A stretch of DNA of 64,000 nucleotides from Deltaproteobacteria bacterium (GCA_034670305.1 JAXMNT010000015.1:1-64000); one strand, 5' to 3'; counted from the first letter of the stretch, positions 40,357-51,372 are shown. Notes: generated by a model from the letters alone, not told the origin. Program-made: numbers and translations.

Positions 40357-42063
40357 TCAGAGATCGACGAGGAAGACGCCTCCCGTGGTGCCGGCGTGTC
40401 CCGGCGCGCCAAGCATGGCCCCCATCGAATCCAGATGCACCGAGGTGCCGACCAACGCCTCGGGATCGGCCGCATCGGGGACGAGACGCGCCACACGCAC
40501 AAACCGTCCACCCTCCAAGACGTACAACTGGGCGGCGCCTCGACGCACCCCGCCCGTGGTCGTACCTGGTGCACCCACGAGCAGCCGATCCCCATCCAGC
40601 GACACCGACGCACCGAACCCACCCACCCCGACGCCCGGCCCGAGCACCTGGATCTCTGAGAGTCCGGGCGTGAGGGAGAACACGTGGACGGACTCGTCGG
40701 CCAGACCAACCACCGCGTGGGTCGTCGAAAGCGCGACGCTGACGACGCCCGGCAGGGGCAGCCGGTCGAGTTCGGCCGCAGAGCCCACCTCGAAGAGCAC
40801 GATCGTGTCGGTGGCACCCACCAGGAGGCGTCCACCGGCCGCGTCGAGCGACCCGCCGAAACCCGCGAGCGGCAGCTGCCATCCGATCGTGACGGCGGTG
40901 CCGTCGTAGCGGTAGACCGCTTGGCCGGCGGAGTCCCCGATGAACAGATTCGAGCCGTCGTGGGTGAGCGACTCGCCGAACTGAGAGGTGGGTTCCAGGC
41001 TGCCTTGGAGACCGACGACGGTGGGCGTGAGGTCGTCCGCCCCGATGAGGTTCACGATGACCGAACCCGCCGCGCCCGAGTCGGGGCAGCCGAGAGCCAC
41101 GTGGCTGTTGGTCACCCGCACCGCGACCCCACAACGAAGCCCGGCCTCTCCCGAGAGGAACCGGCGGTCGGCCCGATCCCGCGTGATGTGCACCGCGCCC
41201 CCGTTCGGCGCGGTTCCGGTGGGGCTGCCCGAGTACCCGGGTTTGCCACTCATCGCGTAGCGCCCCATACGGTGCACCGATTCGCCGCGAAGCTCCCCCG
41301 CCACACCGCCCGGCGGTTCCTGCGGCATCGATCCCGCGAACACGCACTCTCCGGCCGCGAGGTCGCACACTCCGATCGTGCACGTGGGCGGACACATCGG
41401 ACCCGCATCCGCGCCACCGTCCGCGCCTGCGTCGGGTGGTCCCGCGTCGGTGTTCGGGAGCAGCTGGCAGCCGGTCTCTGGGACGCAGACCGAACCCGTG
41501 GGGCAGGATCCGTTCGGCCGGATCAAACAGGTCCCGGTCGCGCAGACCGCCGAAGCACAGCTCGCCGCTGGGGCTGGGCAATCGGTGTCGCGAGTGCACA
41601 TCGCCTCGCCGCATTCGGGTTCGTCACCCCGAACACACCCGGGCGGTACACACCGCCCCCCGAGACAGCTGGTCGCGGTCGCCGGATCCCCAGCCGCAGG
41701 ACACATGCGGCCTCGACACGCGCGCGACACCACGACCACCACACTCGTCGTGTCGCCCTGCACCCGCGCCACGGTCTGGCGCACCAGCACCACGTCCGAA
41801 CCGAGGTACACGAACACGTCGACCGGCAGGTTGCCCTCGCGGTCCGCTTCGAACGTCGCCACCCGAACCCCCTCGTGCCAAGGTCCCGCGTTCGCGTCGA
41901 GCTCCGCGCGAGACCCGGGCTGGGTCGGCAGCTCGACCACCATCCGGTCGAACTCCACCCCCGGCACCAGGTCGCTCCGCACGTCGACGAGCAACACGTG
42001 GGTCGGGTCCGAACACGCGGCGCAACACAACAGAAGCAAGAGGATCGAAGCACGGCGTCGCAA
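40357..42063 (-). CDS. Cys-rich lipoprotein with FG-GAP-like beta-propeller
   Basis: LLLLLCCAAC lipobox; DVRSDLVPGVEF; Cys-rich middle; FG.S....G..LLVGAPG repeats; start uncertain. Confidence 0.75.
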   Translation of the reverse strand: MRRRASILLLLLCCAACSDPTHVLLVDVRSDLVPGVEFDRMVVELPTQPGSRAELDANAGPWHEGVRVATFEADREGNLPVDVFVYLGSDVVLVRQTVARVQGDTTSVVVVVSRACRGRMCPAAGDPATATSCLGGRCVPPGCVRGDEPECGEAMCTRDTDCPAPAASCASAVCATGTCLIRPNGSCPTGSVCVPETGCQLLPNTDAGPPDAGADGGADAGPMCPPTCTIGVCDLAAGECVFAGSMPQEPPGGVAGELRGESVHRMGRYAMSGKPGYSGSPTGTAPNGGAVHITRDRADRRFLSGEAGLRCGVAVRVTNSHVALGCPDSGAAGSVIVNLIGADDLTPTVVGLQGSLEPTSQFGESLTHDGSNLFIGDSAGQAVYRYDGTAVTIGWQLPLAGFGGSLDAAGGRLLVGATDTIVLFEVGSAAELDRLPLPGVVSVALSTTHAVVGLADESVHVFSLTPGLSEIQVLGPGVGVGGFGASVSLDGDRLLVGAPGTTTGGVRRGAAQLYVLEGGRFVRVARLVPDAADPEALVGTSVHLDSMGAMLGAPGHAGTTGGVFLVDL

Positions 42064-42120
42064 AGCGTGCCTGAAGGGTACCCCCGCGAGCGCGGTCCCC
42101 GCCAGCGGCGGCGAGCCGCT

Positions 42121-42431
<311 letters not shown>

Positions 42432-42444
42432 CCGGGCCCCCCGA

Positions 42445-45333
42445 TCACGGCGTGAAGCGGATCCTCGACTGCGCGGACGCCACGACTTCCGCTTCGGTGA
42501 ACGGCACCTGTGTCACCTCGTTGTGGCGCCACCGCTCCATCTCGTTGCGGTGGAAGGGGCCGTCGGGATCTTCCGAGTTGCCTCCCGGAAGTGCGTTCCA
42601 TGCGGTGGGTCCGGTCGGGGACATCTCGACGACCAGGCGCTGCTGCGGCCCGCTGCCGTAGTCGATGCGCTCGAAGTCGAACACGCCGAAGTTCGACGCG
42701 TCGACCACGTCGCGGTCGCCATGGCGCGGGAACCCATCCGGGAACATCGCGTCGTCGGGGGTCGGAATGCTGAGCGGGTCGCTTCCGAGCACGCCGATCG
42801 GAATCACCGCGTCGAGTTGCACCGTGTGCAACCGACCCCAGCGCCAGTCGTCCATCGTCGCGGTGGAGAAGCGGGTCTCCAGCCACTCGAGCGCGGCGGC
42901 CATCGCGCGGACCACCCGGTCGCCGCGGGTCTCGACCGCGTCGGTCGAGATGTCGTCCCACAACACCGAGTCCATGCGGTCCGCCTCGTAGGTCGCGAGC
43001 GACTCCACGTCGGTGGCCATCAACACGATGGTCGTGCCGAGCGCGTTGCTGCGGCGGATCGACCCGTCGAGTGCACCGTCAGCGTGCAGGTCGAGTTCGT
43101 CGTCGAAGGTCAGGCGCATGAGGTGTCCCATCGCCACGTTGAAGATCGAGGTCGCCACGCTGTCTGCGATCGCGTCGGCGCTCGGTGTGCCTTCGACCGC
43201 CGCCGGCGTGTCGAACCGTTCCCACGCCGCCAGGCGCGTCGCGGCCGCTTCGATGGCGTCCATCGCGTCGGCGAACTCGGTCACCGCCGCGGTCAGGTCC
43301 GGGTGCATGCCCGGAGAGGTGCGTTCTTCGCTGGCGCGCGTGAGTTCCGCGAGCATCAGCGGCGTCAGGATGCGGCCGAAGGGGGAGACCGCGTCGTTCT
43401 GCAGTGCGCTCATGTCCTCGGGCGTGATGCCACCGGCGCTCACGAGCGTCTCCAATCGCTCGGTGATGCGCGCGATGCGGTTGCCCCGCGCGAAGTCGCA
43501 GCCGATGTAGAAGTCGTCGGCCGGGTCCGCCGCGTCGACACCGTCGAGCGCGTTGCCGTTCGCGGTCACGCCGACCGGATCCGCGTTCGCGGTCGCGATG
43601 AAGCCGGACTCTGGGTTGCGGCCGTGCGGAATGTAGCGCTCGTCCAGGTTCTCGCCGGTCCACTCCATCGTGCCGCGTCCATCGAGCACGTAGCAGGGCG
43701 AGGTGCCTTCGAGCGTCGCGGGGTCGTACGTCAACGCACCGGCCTGGCGGACCGGGATGCGCACGCTGCTCGTGTAGTCGATGTTGCCGGACGCATCGAC
43801 GGAGACGAGCGTCTGCCCGCCGACCTCGAACTTGCGGAACGCGGTGCGCGCGTCGTCCGCGTTCTGCGCCGTGTAGAGATCGAGGAACGCCGCCGCTTCG
43901 TTGCTCGGCTCGTTGCCGGTCCAGGCGATCGAGAGCGCTTGTTCTTTGCCGACCTCACACGGGGCCGCATCTTCCGCGGTGCAGGCCACTCGGCTGCCGG
44001 GCACGATGAGTCCGTGGTGCGGCACGAAGTCGAACGTCACGACGGTCTCGGCGCCCAGATCGGTGCGGATCGTCTCCGTGATCGTCTGAATCGGGACCTG
44101 TGCGCCGTCGAGCTCCACCGTCGCGGGATCGCCGGGCGTGATGAGCTCCATGTAGACATCGCTCACGTCGTAGCCGCTCGTCGTGAGCCCCCAGGCGATC
44201 TTGTCGGTGAATCCGAGGATCGACACGGGCGTGCCTGCGATCATCTGGCCGGCCACATCGACGTCGCCGCCGGCGCGCCGGGTGTTGACGTGGCTCATCC
44301 AGAAGAGCGGTGGGCTCGTGAGCGCGAGGTGCGGGTCGTTCGAGAGGATCGGCAATCCGCTCGCGGTGTGGTCGCCGTGCACGACCCAACTGTTGGAGCC
44401 TCGGAATCCGTCGCCGAACACCTTGGTGAACCGCGCCTCTTGACGCTCCGCAAACGCGAGCGCCCCTTCGAGGCTGCGCGCCGTCGGGAGCTGGAGACCC
44501 CGCAGGTCGCGGCCGGGCCGAATGCGCGCGCGCGACCCGCTGTCGGTGGTGACGTTCGGGAAACCGTCGATGTGGAAGACGTCTCGAGCGGGCCGCGTCG
44601 GGAAGAGGTCGTGGTAGGCGAGCGCCAAACGGGCGACGCGAGGATCGGGATCGTCTGCCGCGAAGTGTTCTCGCCAGCGCGCGAGCTGATCGGTGCGTGA
44701 GAGGTCGCTGAACGCATCGAAAGAAAGCGAGGCCGCCTGGAAACGCGCGATGGCCAACGTCTCCACCGGCTCCCACACCCGCAGGTTGTCCGCGTTGACG
44801 AGGTCGCTCACCCCGCGCGGCAAGGTCACCTCACCGTTGATCACCTGGTTGATGCGCACGTTGACGCCAGCGGCGTAGACCTCGAGCAGCTCCCGCTCTT
44901 CGGCGGGCAGCCCTGCGAGAATGGCTTCTGCGTTGCGGCCGTGTCCTTCGAACCGTGTGTCGGCGTCGGAGTCGATGAGCGACGGATCCAGAGACCCCGC
45001 GAACTCGGCGGTCCGGCCGGTGGCGGCGAGCCGAATGAAGTGCATCTGACCGAGGCGGTCGACCGCCTGGAGGTACCCCTGCGCCCGGATCGCGTCGTTC
45101 AGGTTCTGCGCGTAGATGTGCCACATGCCGCGTTCGTCGCGCACCGCGTCCACCGCGGCGCCCAGACCCGGCATGCCCACTTCTTCCTCGATGGGCAGCC
45201 CTTCGATGGTCGTGGGGTCGGCCGGGGCATCGACGCCTGCGTCCATGGGGCCGGCGGCGTCGTCGTCTCCGCACGCTCCGAGCCCGGCGAGCAGAAGCAC
45301 CATGATAGACGTCGAGCGCGCTGACTGGTTCAT
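42445..45333 (-). CDS. Penicillin acylase family (Ntn-hydrolase) lipoprotein
   Basis: RDERGMWHIYA, QGY..A.DRL.QM, GSNSWVV, NDPHL, TAN, W.WG.LH; LGAC lipobox. Confidence 0.92.
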   Translation of the reverse strand: MNQSARSTSIMVLLLAGLGACGDDDAAGPMDAGVDAPADPTTIEGLPIEEEVGMPGLGAAVDAVRDERGMWHIYAQNLNDAIRAQGYLQAVDRLGQMHFIRLAATGRTAEFAGSLDPSLIDSDADTRFEGHGRNAEAILAGLPAEERELLEVYAAGVNVRINQVINGEVTLPRGVSDLVNADNLRVWEPVETLAIARFQAASLSFDAFSDLSRTDQLARWREHFAADDPDPRVARLALAYHDLFPTRPARDVFHIDGFPNVTTDSGSRARIRPGRDLRGLQLPTARSLEGALAFAERQEARFTKVFGDGFRGSNSWVVHGDHTASGLPILSNDPHLALTSPPLFWMSHVNTRRAGGDVDVAGQMIAGTPVSILGFTDKIAWGLTTSGYDVSDVYMELITPGDPATVELDGAQVPIQTITETIRTDLGAETVVTFDFVPHHGLIVPGSRVACTAEDAAPCEVGKEQALSIAWTGNEPSNEAAAFLDLYTAQNADDARTAFRKFEVGGQTLVSVDASGNIDYTSSVRIPVRQAGALTYDPATLEGTSPCYVLDGRGTMEWTGENLDERYIPHGRNPESGFIATANADPVGVTANGNALDGVDAADPADDFYIGCDFARGNRIARITERLETLVSAGGITPEDMSALQNDAVSPFGRILTPLMLAELTRASEERTSPGMHPDLTAAVTEFADAMDAIEAAATRLAAWERFDTPAAVEGTPSADAIADSVATSIFNVAMGHLMRLTFDDELDLHADGALDGSIRRSNALGTTIVLMATDVESLATYEADRMDSVLWDDISTDAVETRGDRVVRAMAAALEWLETRFSTATMDDWRWGRLHTVQLDAVIPIGVLGSDPLSIPTPDDAMFPDGFPRHGDRDVVDASNFGVFDFERIDYGSGPQQRLVVEMSPTGPTAWNALPGGNSEDPDGPFHRNEMERWRHNEVTQVPFTEAEVVASAQSRIRFTP

Positions 45334-45407
45334 GGGCGCATTTGTGTCATGGAGTGGTCCGCCCGTGCCAGTGCGGGGCTGAGCTTTCTCCCGCCGAAGA
45401 GAAGAAC

Positions 45408-46931
45408 GTGGCTGAAGACGACGAGACCGAAACGGCGGACGAGAGGGACGCCGGCAGCGATGAGACGGGGCGCGCCGCGTCTGGTTCGGCCGATTCCGAT
45501 GCGGAATCCGGTGCCGAGGGCGACGCCGCTGCCGACGCAGACTCAGGCAAAGAGGGCAAGGGCAAGGGCAAGGGCAAGGGCAAGGGCAAGTGGCTGGTTC
45601 CGCTCTTGGTCTATGTCGTGTGTGCGGGGGTGTACTGCGCGACGTTGACGGGGCGGGCGTGGGCGCCGAGTCCGGACAACCACTTCGTGCACCTCGCGGC
45701 GTCGTGGTTGAACGGGCAACTGCATCAGCAAGGGGACCCGCCCGGCAACAACGACTGGGCGTGTTACGACCGAGAGGAGCACGACTCCTGCCCGAACAAC
45801 CGCTGGCACTTCTCGGACTCGGACCGCTACCGCTGGTACGTCTCGTTCCCGCCCTTCCCGGCCGCCGTGATGGCGCCGATCGTCGCGGTCGCAGGCACGG
45901 ACATTCCGGACCGGTTGATCTGGGCGCTGCTCGCCGGCTTCGGACCGATGTTGCTGCTGCTCTTGCTCGGTCGACTCCGGCGGAGCGGCCGTTCGAAACG
46001 CACCCGCACCGAAGACCTCTTGCTCGTCGCGCTCTTCGCGTTCGGCAGCGTCTTCTACTACACGTCGGTGCAAGGCACGGTGTGGTTCGCGGCACATGTG
46101 GTCGCGGTCAGCCTGACCTTCCTCTACTTGCTCTTCGGCATCGACGCGCGGCGGCCCATCCTCGCGGGCATCGCGCTCGGCTGCTGCTTTCTCACCCGGC
46201 CCACCACCGCACTGCTCGCGATCTTCTTCGGACTCGAGCTGATGCGGGTGAACCGGCGGGCCGGCGCACCCTTCGACGAAGACGCGTACTGGCCCAAGCG
46301 GCTGTGGCAATGGGTCCGCGGCACCGACTGGAAACCGGCGTTGCGGACCGGCGCGCTCTTCTCCATTCCGATCCTCGTCTGCGGCGCGTTCGCGATGTGG
46401 CACAACCACGCGCGCTTCGAGGACTCGTTCGAGTGGGGCCACTCGTTCCTGCAGATGCGGTGGCGCCCACGCATCGAACGCTGGGGCCTGTTCAGCTACC
46501 ACTACTTCGCCAAGAACCTCGCGGTGTTCGGCGCCTCCACCCCGTGGCTGACCCTCGATCCGCCCTACCTGATCGTCGGCCGCCACGGCCTCGCCCTGTG
46601 GGTCACGACGCCGGCGATCCTGCTCGCGCTCTGGCCGAAGAAACTGACGCCGCTGATGATCGGGTTGTGGTGCGCCATCCTCCCGGTCGCGGTGATGAAC
46701 CTCTGTTACCAGAACAGCGGCTGGGTTCAGTTCGGCTACCGCTTCGCGCTCGACTGGTTGCCGCTGCTCTTCGTATTGCTCGCCCTCGGCGGACGACGTT
46801 TCCGGCTCGGATTCGTGGTGCTGTTGATCTGGTCGATCGCCATCAACGCTTTCGGCGCGTTCACCTTCGATCGCGCACACCAGTTCTACGACGGAGACGC
46901 CAGCCAGGACGTGGTCTTCCAACCCGATTGA
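45408..46931 (+). CDS. Polytopic membrane protein, possible GT-C-fold glycosyltransferase
   Basis: Many TMs; YVSFPPFPA, VWF.AH, FLTRP, QFGYRF.LD; N-terminal acidic stretch plus (KG)n. Confidence 0.65.
   Translation: MAEDDETETADERDAGSDETGRAASGSADSDAESGAEGDAAADADSGKEGKGKGKGKGKGKWLVPLLVYVVCAGVYCATLTGRAWAPSPDNHFVHLAASWLNGQLHQQGDPPGNNDWACYDREEHDSCPNNRWHFSDSDRYRWYVSFPPFPAAVMAPIVAVAGTDIPDRLIWALLAGFGPMLLLLLLGRLRRSGRSKRTRTEDLLLVALFAFGSVFYYTSVQGTVWFAAHVVAVSLTFLYLLFGIDARRPILAGIALGCCFLTRPTTALLAIFFGLELMRVNRRAGAPFDEDAYWPKRLWQWVRGTDWKPALRTGALFSIPILVCGAFAMWHNHARFEDSFEWGHSFLQMRWRPRIERWGLFSYHYFAKNLAVFGASTPWLTLDPPYLIVGRHGLALWVTTPAILLALWPKKLTPLMIGLWCAILPVAVMNLCYQNSGWVQFGYRFALDWLPLLFVLLALGGRRFRLGFVVLLIWSIAINAFGAFTFDRAHQFYDGDASQDVVFQPD
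45554..45590 (+). repeat. (GGGCAA)6 tract, in frame as KGKGKG
   Basis: Directly visible. Confidence 0.9.
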
Positions 46932-46975
46932 TGCGCGTCCCCATTCGGAGACAGCCTGTGTAGACTCGGCGCGCC

Positions 46976-49276
46976 ATGACCGCCCCGCTTCGTCCCACTG
47001 AACTTCGACACCGCACCGCGCCGACCTCCGAGCCCCTGCCCGACTGGGCGCTCAAGACATTCGAGGCGTACCTCCCTTACGTGCTCGGAGTCACCGAACC
47101 CGAACACGCACCGCTCGTGAGAGAGGCGACCGAACGTTTTGGCGCGTACGTGCAGGCCATCCCTGCCCACGAACGTGGGCGGGACGATCTGTGGACGTTG
47201 CTCATGTGGACCCGGGTGCACGGCACGTTCTTCGGCGGCTTGCCCGTCGCTCCCTGGCAACAATCTCCGGCGCGCCGAGAGCGGTTCATTCGCCGTTTCT
47301 ACGGAAGCGATCGAACCGCAGCCGACTGGGTCTTCGACAAAATCGTCTCCAAACTTCCTCTCCCACAGAGCCCCACCATTCGAGACCTCGCCAAGAGTCT
47401 GCGCGAGATGATGGGCCTCGCCTTCTACACGAACCCGAACGCGGATCCGATCACCGGCTACACCCGCGTCTGGGACCGGACCTATCCCGACCATCCGGAC
47501 GTCGACCTGGGCCGGCTGCGCGCCACCCGGCAGCCCGCGACCTTCGACCCCCGGGAGGTCGCCTCCGTGCACATGCAAGGCCACCCGTACGAAGTGCCGC
47601 GGCTCTTCGCGTACGACGGTCGGCCACGCGTGGCGGTGATCGGGTCCGGCGCAGGCGGCGCGGTGACGGCGGCTCGGTTGGCGCAGACCGGCAAGTACGA
47701 CGTCGCGGTGTTCGAGTCGGGTCCGCGGCTCAACCCCGGCCGCTACCCACTCGACACGCTCGTCGGCATGAGCCAGCTCTTCGAGTCCGGCCTTCTGACG
47801 TTGAGCAAGAACCTCGACATCCATCTGCTCCGCGGGCGGCTCGTGGGCGGCGGCACCGTGTTGACCTCCGGCCTGAGCGTGGAGCCCCGCGCCGAAACGA
47901 AAGACCTCTGGTGCGCGACCAACGGGCCACTCTCCATCGGAGTGAAACGCGACGCGTTCGACCTCGGGATCCAGAAGGTCTTCAAGCGCCAGGCGCTCGG
48001 CAAGATCGATCCGCGTGTGTACACGGACGCGTCGGATCTGCTCGGCGTCGGCGCGAGGAAGATCGGAGACACCGAACCGTGGGCGTTCGATCGCGACGTG
48101 CAGTGGAACAACGTGATGATGCGGCGCGACCAGCGGCCCGAGCCGACCCGCGATCAGAACGGCGACAGCTGCTTCGGCTGCGGGCTGTGCAACTACGGCT
48201 GCCACTTCGGCCACAAACTCTCGATGGACCTGACGTACATCTTGGATGCCGAGCGCGCCGGCGCCCGCATCCACCAGAACCTGCCGATCGAACGACTCGA
48301 AGGCCATCTCGAAGAAGGCGGCATGCGGGTGACCCACCTGGTGTTCGGGCGCGGGCTCGATGAACGGGTCGAGGTCGATCACGTCGTGCTCTCGGCGGGT
48401 GCGGTCGGCTCCCCCGCGGTGCTCCTGCGGTCCGAAGCCCACGACGGAAGTTGGGGCCGGCTGCCCGCGTTCCAGAACGATCACGTCGGCACGGGGCTCG
48501 GCTTCAACTACGGCTCGGGCGTGGTGGCGCGGTGGCAGAACGAAAGCGCGCGACCCGGGCACATGGGGTTCCAGATCAAGTTTGTCGCGACCAAGGGCGG
48601 CGACCCCGATTTCGAGATCCCGATCCCTGGCAAACCGGCCCACCGCGCGCGGTACGTGCTCGAGAACGCATTCGTACCGCCGGGGCTCATGAGCAACGTC
48701 GTGCCCGGAGTCGGCGCGGGTCACCGGGATTGGATGACGGACTACAAGAAGCTCGCGATGTGCGCGTCGACCATCGGTTCGCCGCAGACCGGCGTCATCC
48801 GGGGCGACCGAACGGTCGAGTACAAACTCAACCAGGCGGAGATGGACCTGAACCGCGACGCCCTCGCGGGGATCGCGCGACTCTACTTCGCGGCGGGTGC
48901 CAGCGAGGTCGGACTCGGCGGCATCCGGCAACCGCCCGAAGGCGGCGCGTCCGAGACCGACACTGGCCAAGGCCTGCGACTGCGTGCCGAGACCCACGGC
49001 GACCTGACCCAAGCCGAGCTCGCCGCCGCGCTCGAACCGGTCGTGTTCGAACCCGAACACATCATGCTCTCGAGCGCCCACCCGCAAGGCGGCCTCCGCA
49101 TGAGCGCCCACCTCGACGCAGGCGCGGTCGGCCCCGACTTTCGGCTGCGTGGCGCCCACAACCTACACGTCGTCGACGCCTCGCTCTTCCCCTCGACCAT
49201 CGTCGTCAACCCCCAGTGGACCATCGCCGCCCTCGCCGAAGTCGCGAGCGAAGCGATCGCACAGCAGCTCGGCTGA
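46976..49276 (+). CDS. GMC family oxidoreductase
   Basis: VIGSGAGG, VGGGTV, CFGCGLCNYGC, SAHPQGG.RM, VVDASLFP....NPQ.TI.ALA. Confidence 0.92.
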   Translation: MTAPLRPTELRHRTAPTSEPLPDWALKTFEAYLPYVLGVTEPEHAPLVREATERFGAYVQAIPAHERGRDDLWTLLMWTRVHGTFFGGLPVAPWQQSPARRERFIRRFYGSDRTAADWVFDKIVSKLPLPQSPTIRDLAKSLREMMGLAFYTNPNADPITGYTRVWDRTYPDHPDVDLGRLRATRQPATFDPREVASVHMQGHPYEVPRLFAYDGRPRVAVIGSGAGGAVTAARLAQTGKYDVAVFESGPRLNPGRYPLDTLVGMSQLFESGLLTLSKNLDIHLLRGRLVGGGTVLTSGLSVEPRAETKDLWCATNGPLSIGVKRDAFDLGIQKVFKRQALGKIDPRVYTDASDLLGVGARKIGDTEPWAFDRDVQWNNVMMRRDQRPEPTRDQNGDSCFGCGLCNYGCHFGHKLSMDLTYILDAERAGARIHQNLPIERLEGHLEEGGMRVTHLVFGRGLDERVEVDHVVLSAGAVGSPAVLLRSEAHDGSWGRLPAFQNDHVGTGLGFNYGSGVVARWQNESARPGHMGFQIKFVATKGGDPDFEIPIPGKPAHRARYVLENAFVPPGLMSNVVPGVGAGHRDWMTDYKKLAMCASTIGSPQTGVIRGDRTVEYKLNQAEMDLNRDALAGIARLYFAAGASEVGLGGIRQPPEGGASETDTGQGLRLRAETHGDLTQAELAAALEPVVFEPEHIMLSSAHPQGGLRMSAHLDAGAVGPDFRLRGAHNLHVVDASLFPSTIVVNPQWTIAALAEVASEAIAQQLG

Positions 49277-49283
49277 GCCAGGG

Positions 49284-49636
49284 ATTCGGATCGGCGGCTT
49301 CGGGGTCGGTGTCGGTGTCGGTGTCGGCGTCGGATTCGGGGTCGGCGTCGGCTTCGGGATCGGAGTCGGCGTCGCGGGATCGGAGTCGGCTTCGGCTTCG
49401 GCTTCGGGGTCGGCTTCGGGGTCGGCTTCGGAGTCGGCTTCGGGGTCGGCTTCGGCTTCGGCTTCGGCTTCGGGGTCGGGATCGGAGTCGGCGTCGAGTG
49501 ACAAACACGGGTAGGCAACCGCACATCCTCACCTTCGGATTCGGATTCGGATTCGGAGGGCACGGGCAGGGGCAAGGGCAAGGGCAAGGGAACCGCGCAT
49601 CCTCTCCTTCGGATTCGGACTCACGGGCACGGGCAA
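49284..49636 (+). repeat. Composite hexamer tract (NNNCGG)n ... (GGGCAM)n with duplicated sub-module
   Basis: ggtcgg/cttcgg/agtcgg units, then aaccgcRcatcctcWccttcggattcgga..gggcacgggca twice. Confidence 0.9.
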
Positions 49637-49695
49637 GCTCGATCCGATCTTTCCCGCCACTGGAATGAAGTCTTGGGTTCGCACGTACCCTTGGT

Positions 49696-50466
49696 ATGGC
49701 CAAGTCCACCCAGCCTGCGGGCATCCGTCGCGTCGCCCCGCCCACCGACGCCAAGGAGCCGCGGCTCGCTTCCGGATTGGCCGGCATCTGGGGTGCGCTC
49801 CTCACGCTGGGAAGTGGCGCGACCACCGTTGCGCTCGTCGAACACAACACCGAGTGGATCCCCGCCTGGGTAGTGGTCACGCTGCTCTACGGTGTCGGGT
49901 CCTGGGGTCTCTTGACGCGCAGGCATTGGAGCCGCGCGTTCGGCGCGGGGCTCTCGCTCTTCGCCGTGGCCGCGTGCGCCCAGTGTGTCTACGCCCTCGG
50001 CCCGCTTCCGACGACGCTGGTCGCCGGCGGCGTACACGTGGTGTGGCTGCTCCTGCTCTTCTTCGTCCGCAGCGCGCAAACCCGGCGCGAAGGACTGTCG
50101 ATGGTCGCCGCTTCGGTCGCGCTGATGCCCGCGGTCGGCTTCGCGCTCGCACCCGAGCAGACCGGCGGCGTCATGATCGCGGTGCTGGCCGGCGCTGGCA
50201 TCCTGCTGCTCGGCACCATGGGGCTCGCGCGCGGCCGCACCTGGGGCCTCTTGCTCGCGCTCGTCGGTGCGCCGGTGCTCGCGGTCAGCGTGCTGCACGC
50301 ACCGAGCCTCTCGCACTTCACCGGTCCGCACGCATTCGTCGGGCAACCGCTGCAGCCCTTGATGCTCGACGCGCTCGGCGTGGTCGCGGCCGCAGCCGCG
50401 GTCGGCGCGGTGCTGCCCTACCTCGTGCCGATGGTCCGCTTCCTCTTCCGCCCCCAGCCCGCGTAG
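49696..50466 (+). CDS. Hypothetical membrane protein
   Basis: About 8 hydrophobic segments. Confidence 0.75.
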   Translation: MAKSTQPAGIRRVAPPTDAKEPRLASGLAGIWGALLTLGSGATTVALVEHNTEWIPAWVVVTLLYGVGSWGLLTRRHWSRAFGAGLSLFAVAACAQCVYALGPLPTTLVAGGVHVVWLLLLFFVRSAQTRREGLSMVAASVALMPAVGFALAPEQTGGVMIAVLAGAGILLLGTMGLARGRTWGLLLALVGAPVLAVSVLHAPSLSHFTGPHAFVGQPLQPLMLDALGVVAAAAAVGAVLPYLVPMVRFLFRPQPA

Positions 50467-50533
50467 ATCCGGACCGGGTAGATCCAGACGGCGAAGCTCC
50501 GCACATCGAGCACCCTGGGCTCACGGGGCGACT

Positions 50534-51253
50534 TCAGTGGGCGTCGAAGTCGACGGTGAGCAGCGCACGCACTTCGTCTCGGAACGCGGCGTAGGTCACA
50601 CGCTCCCCCGGGGTGAGCGCGCGCGATTGGCGGCGGGGCACTTCCTGTGGCCGCTGCGGCGTCACCAACCACCAGCGCTTCTCCGTCCGCTCGGGAAGCG
50701 GCGCGGTGGGCTCCAACCAGTAGAGGAAACGCCCGCGCTTCGCGATCAATCGACCGCCCACCCACCGACCGTGTTCGGTCTGTTCCCACCGAAGCGGGCG
50801 CGGGTTGTATCGGGGACGCCGGTTGCGGACGCGCTGCCTGTACCGAAGCACCTCGTCGTCGTCGACGAAGAACTCGCCGCGCGAGTGGTGCACCCGCCAT
50901 CCACCACGCAGCGTCTCGCGGGCGCTCTGGCTGGGAAGCAGGTGCCCGAACACGACGTGCCGTCCCGCCAGGGTTCGCAGATCGAAGGTCTGGTAGATCA
51001 ACCCCTCGACCTCGGGCCACGGCTTGCCGGTGTGTCCGCGCAGCCATCGGTCGGCGGCCGACAACCGGTCCGCGAAGTGTTTGCAGATCGGTTCGAGCGG
51101 AAGACCGCGGACCACCTCTGGATCCGCCCGCAGTTCTCCCAACAAGACCCGCAGCGCGACACGCTGCTTCTTGTGAGACTGCCGACGCAAGTACTTGCAG
51201 TAGCCGACGCGCCCGCCTTCGATGACGGTGCGCGCAAGACGTTTCGTAGACAT
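50534..51253 (-). CDS. Basic hypothetical protein
   Basis: GAGG SD; Arg-rich; FADRL....RWL..H.GKPW..V......FD.RT.AGRHVVF.HL...FFVD. Confidence 0.75.
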   Translation of the reverse strand: MSTKRLARTVIEGGRVGYCKYLRRQSHKKQRVALRVLLGELRADPEVVRGLPLEPICKHFADRLSAADRWLRGHTGKPWPEVEGLIYQTFDLRTLAGRHVVFGHLLPSQSARETLRGGWRVHHSRGEFFVDDDEVLRYRQRVRNRRPRYNPRPLRWEQTEHGRWVGGRLIAKRGRFLYWLEPTAPLPERTEKRWWLVTPQRPQEVPRRQSRALTPGERVTYAAFRDEVRALLTVDFDAH

Positions 51254-51372
51254 GACCTCTCACCCCCGCGCCCGGTTCGCGCACCGCCATGGGTGCGCCG
51301 TGCGCCGGTCGCGATGCGCCCCGCGCGCCCGCATCGATGCGCAGCGCCACGGAACGACTCCTCACATTCAGC

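Noticed and set aside
36986-41614. 1542-aa minus-strand ORF
   Set aside because: Shadow frame of real genes in high-GC DNA; Arg-rich with no motifs
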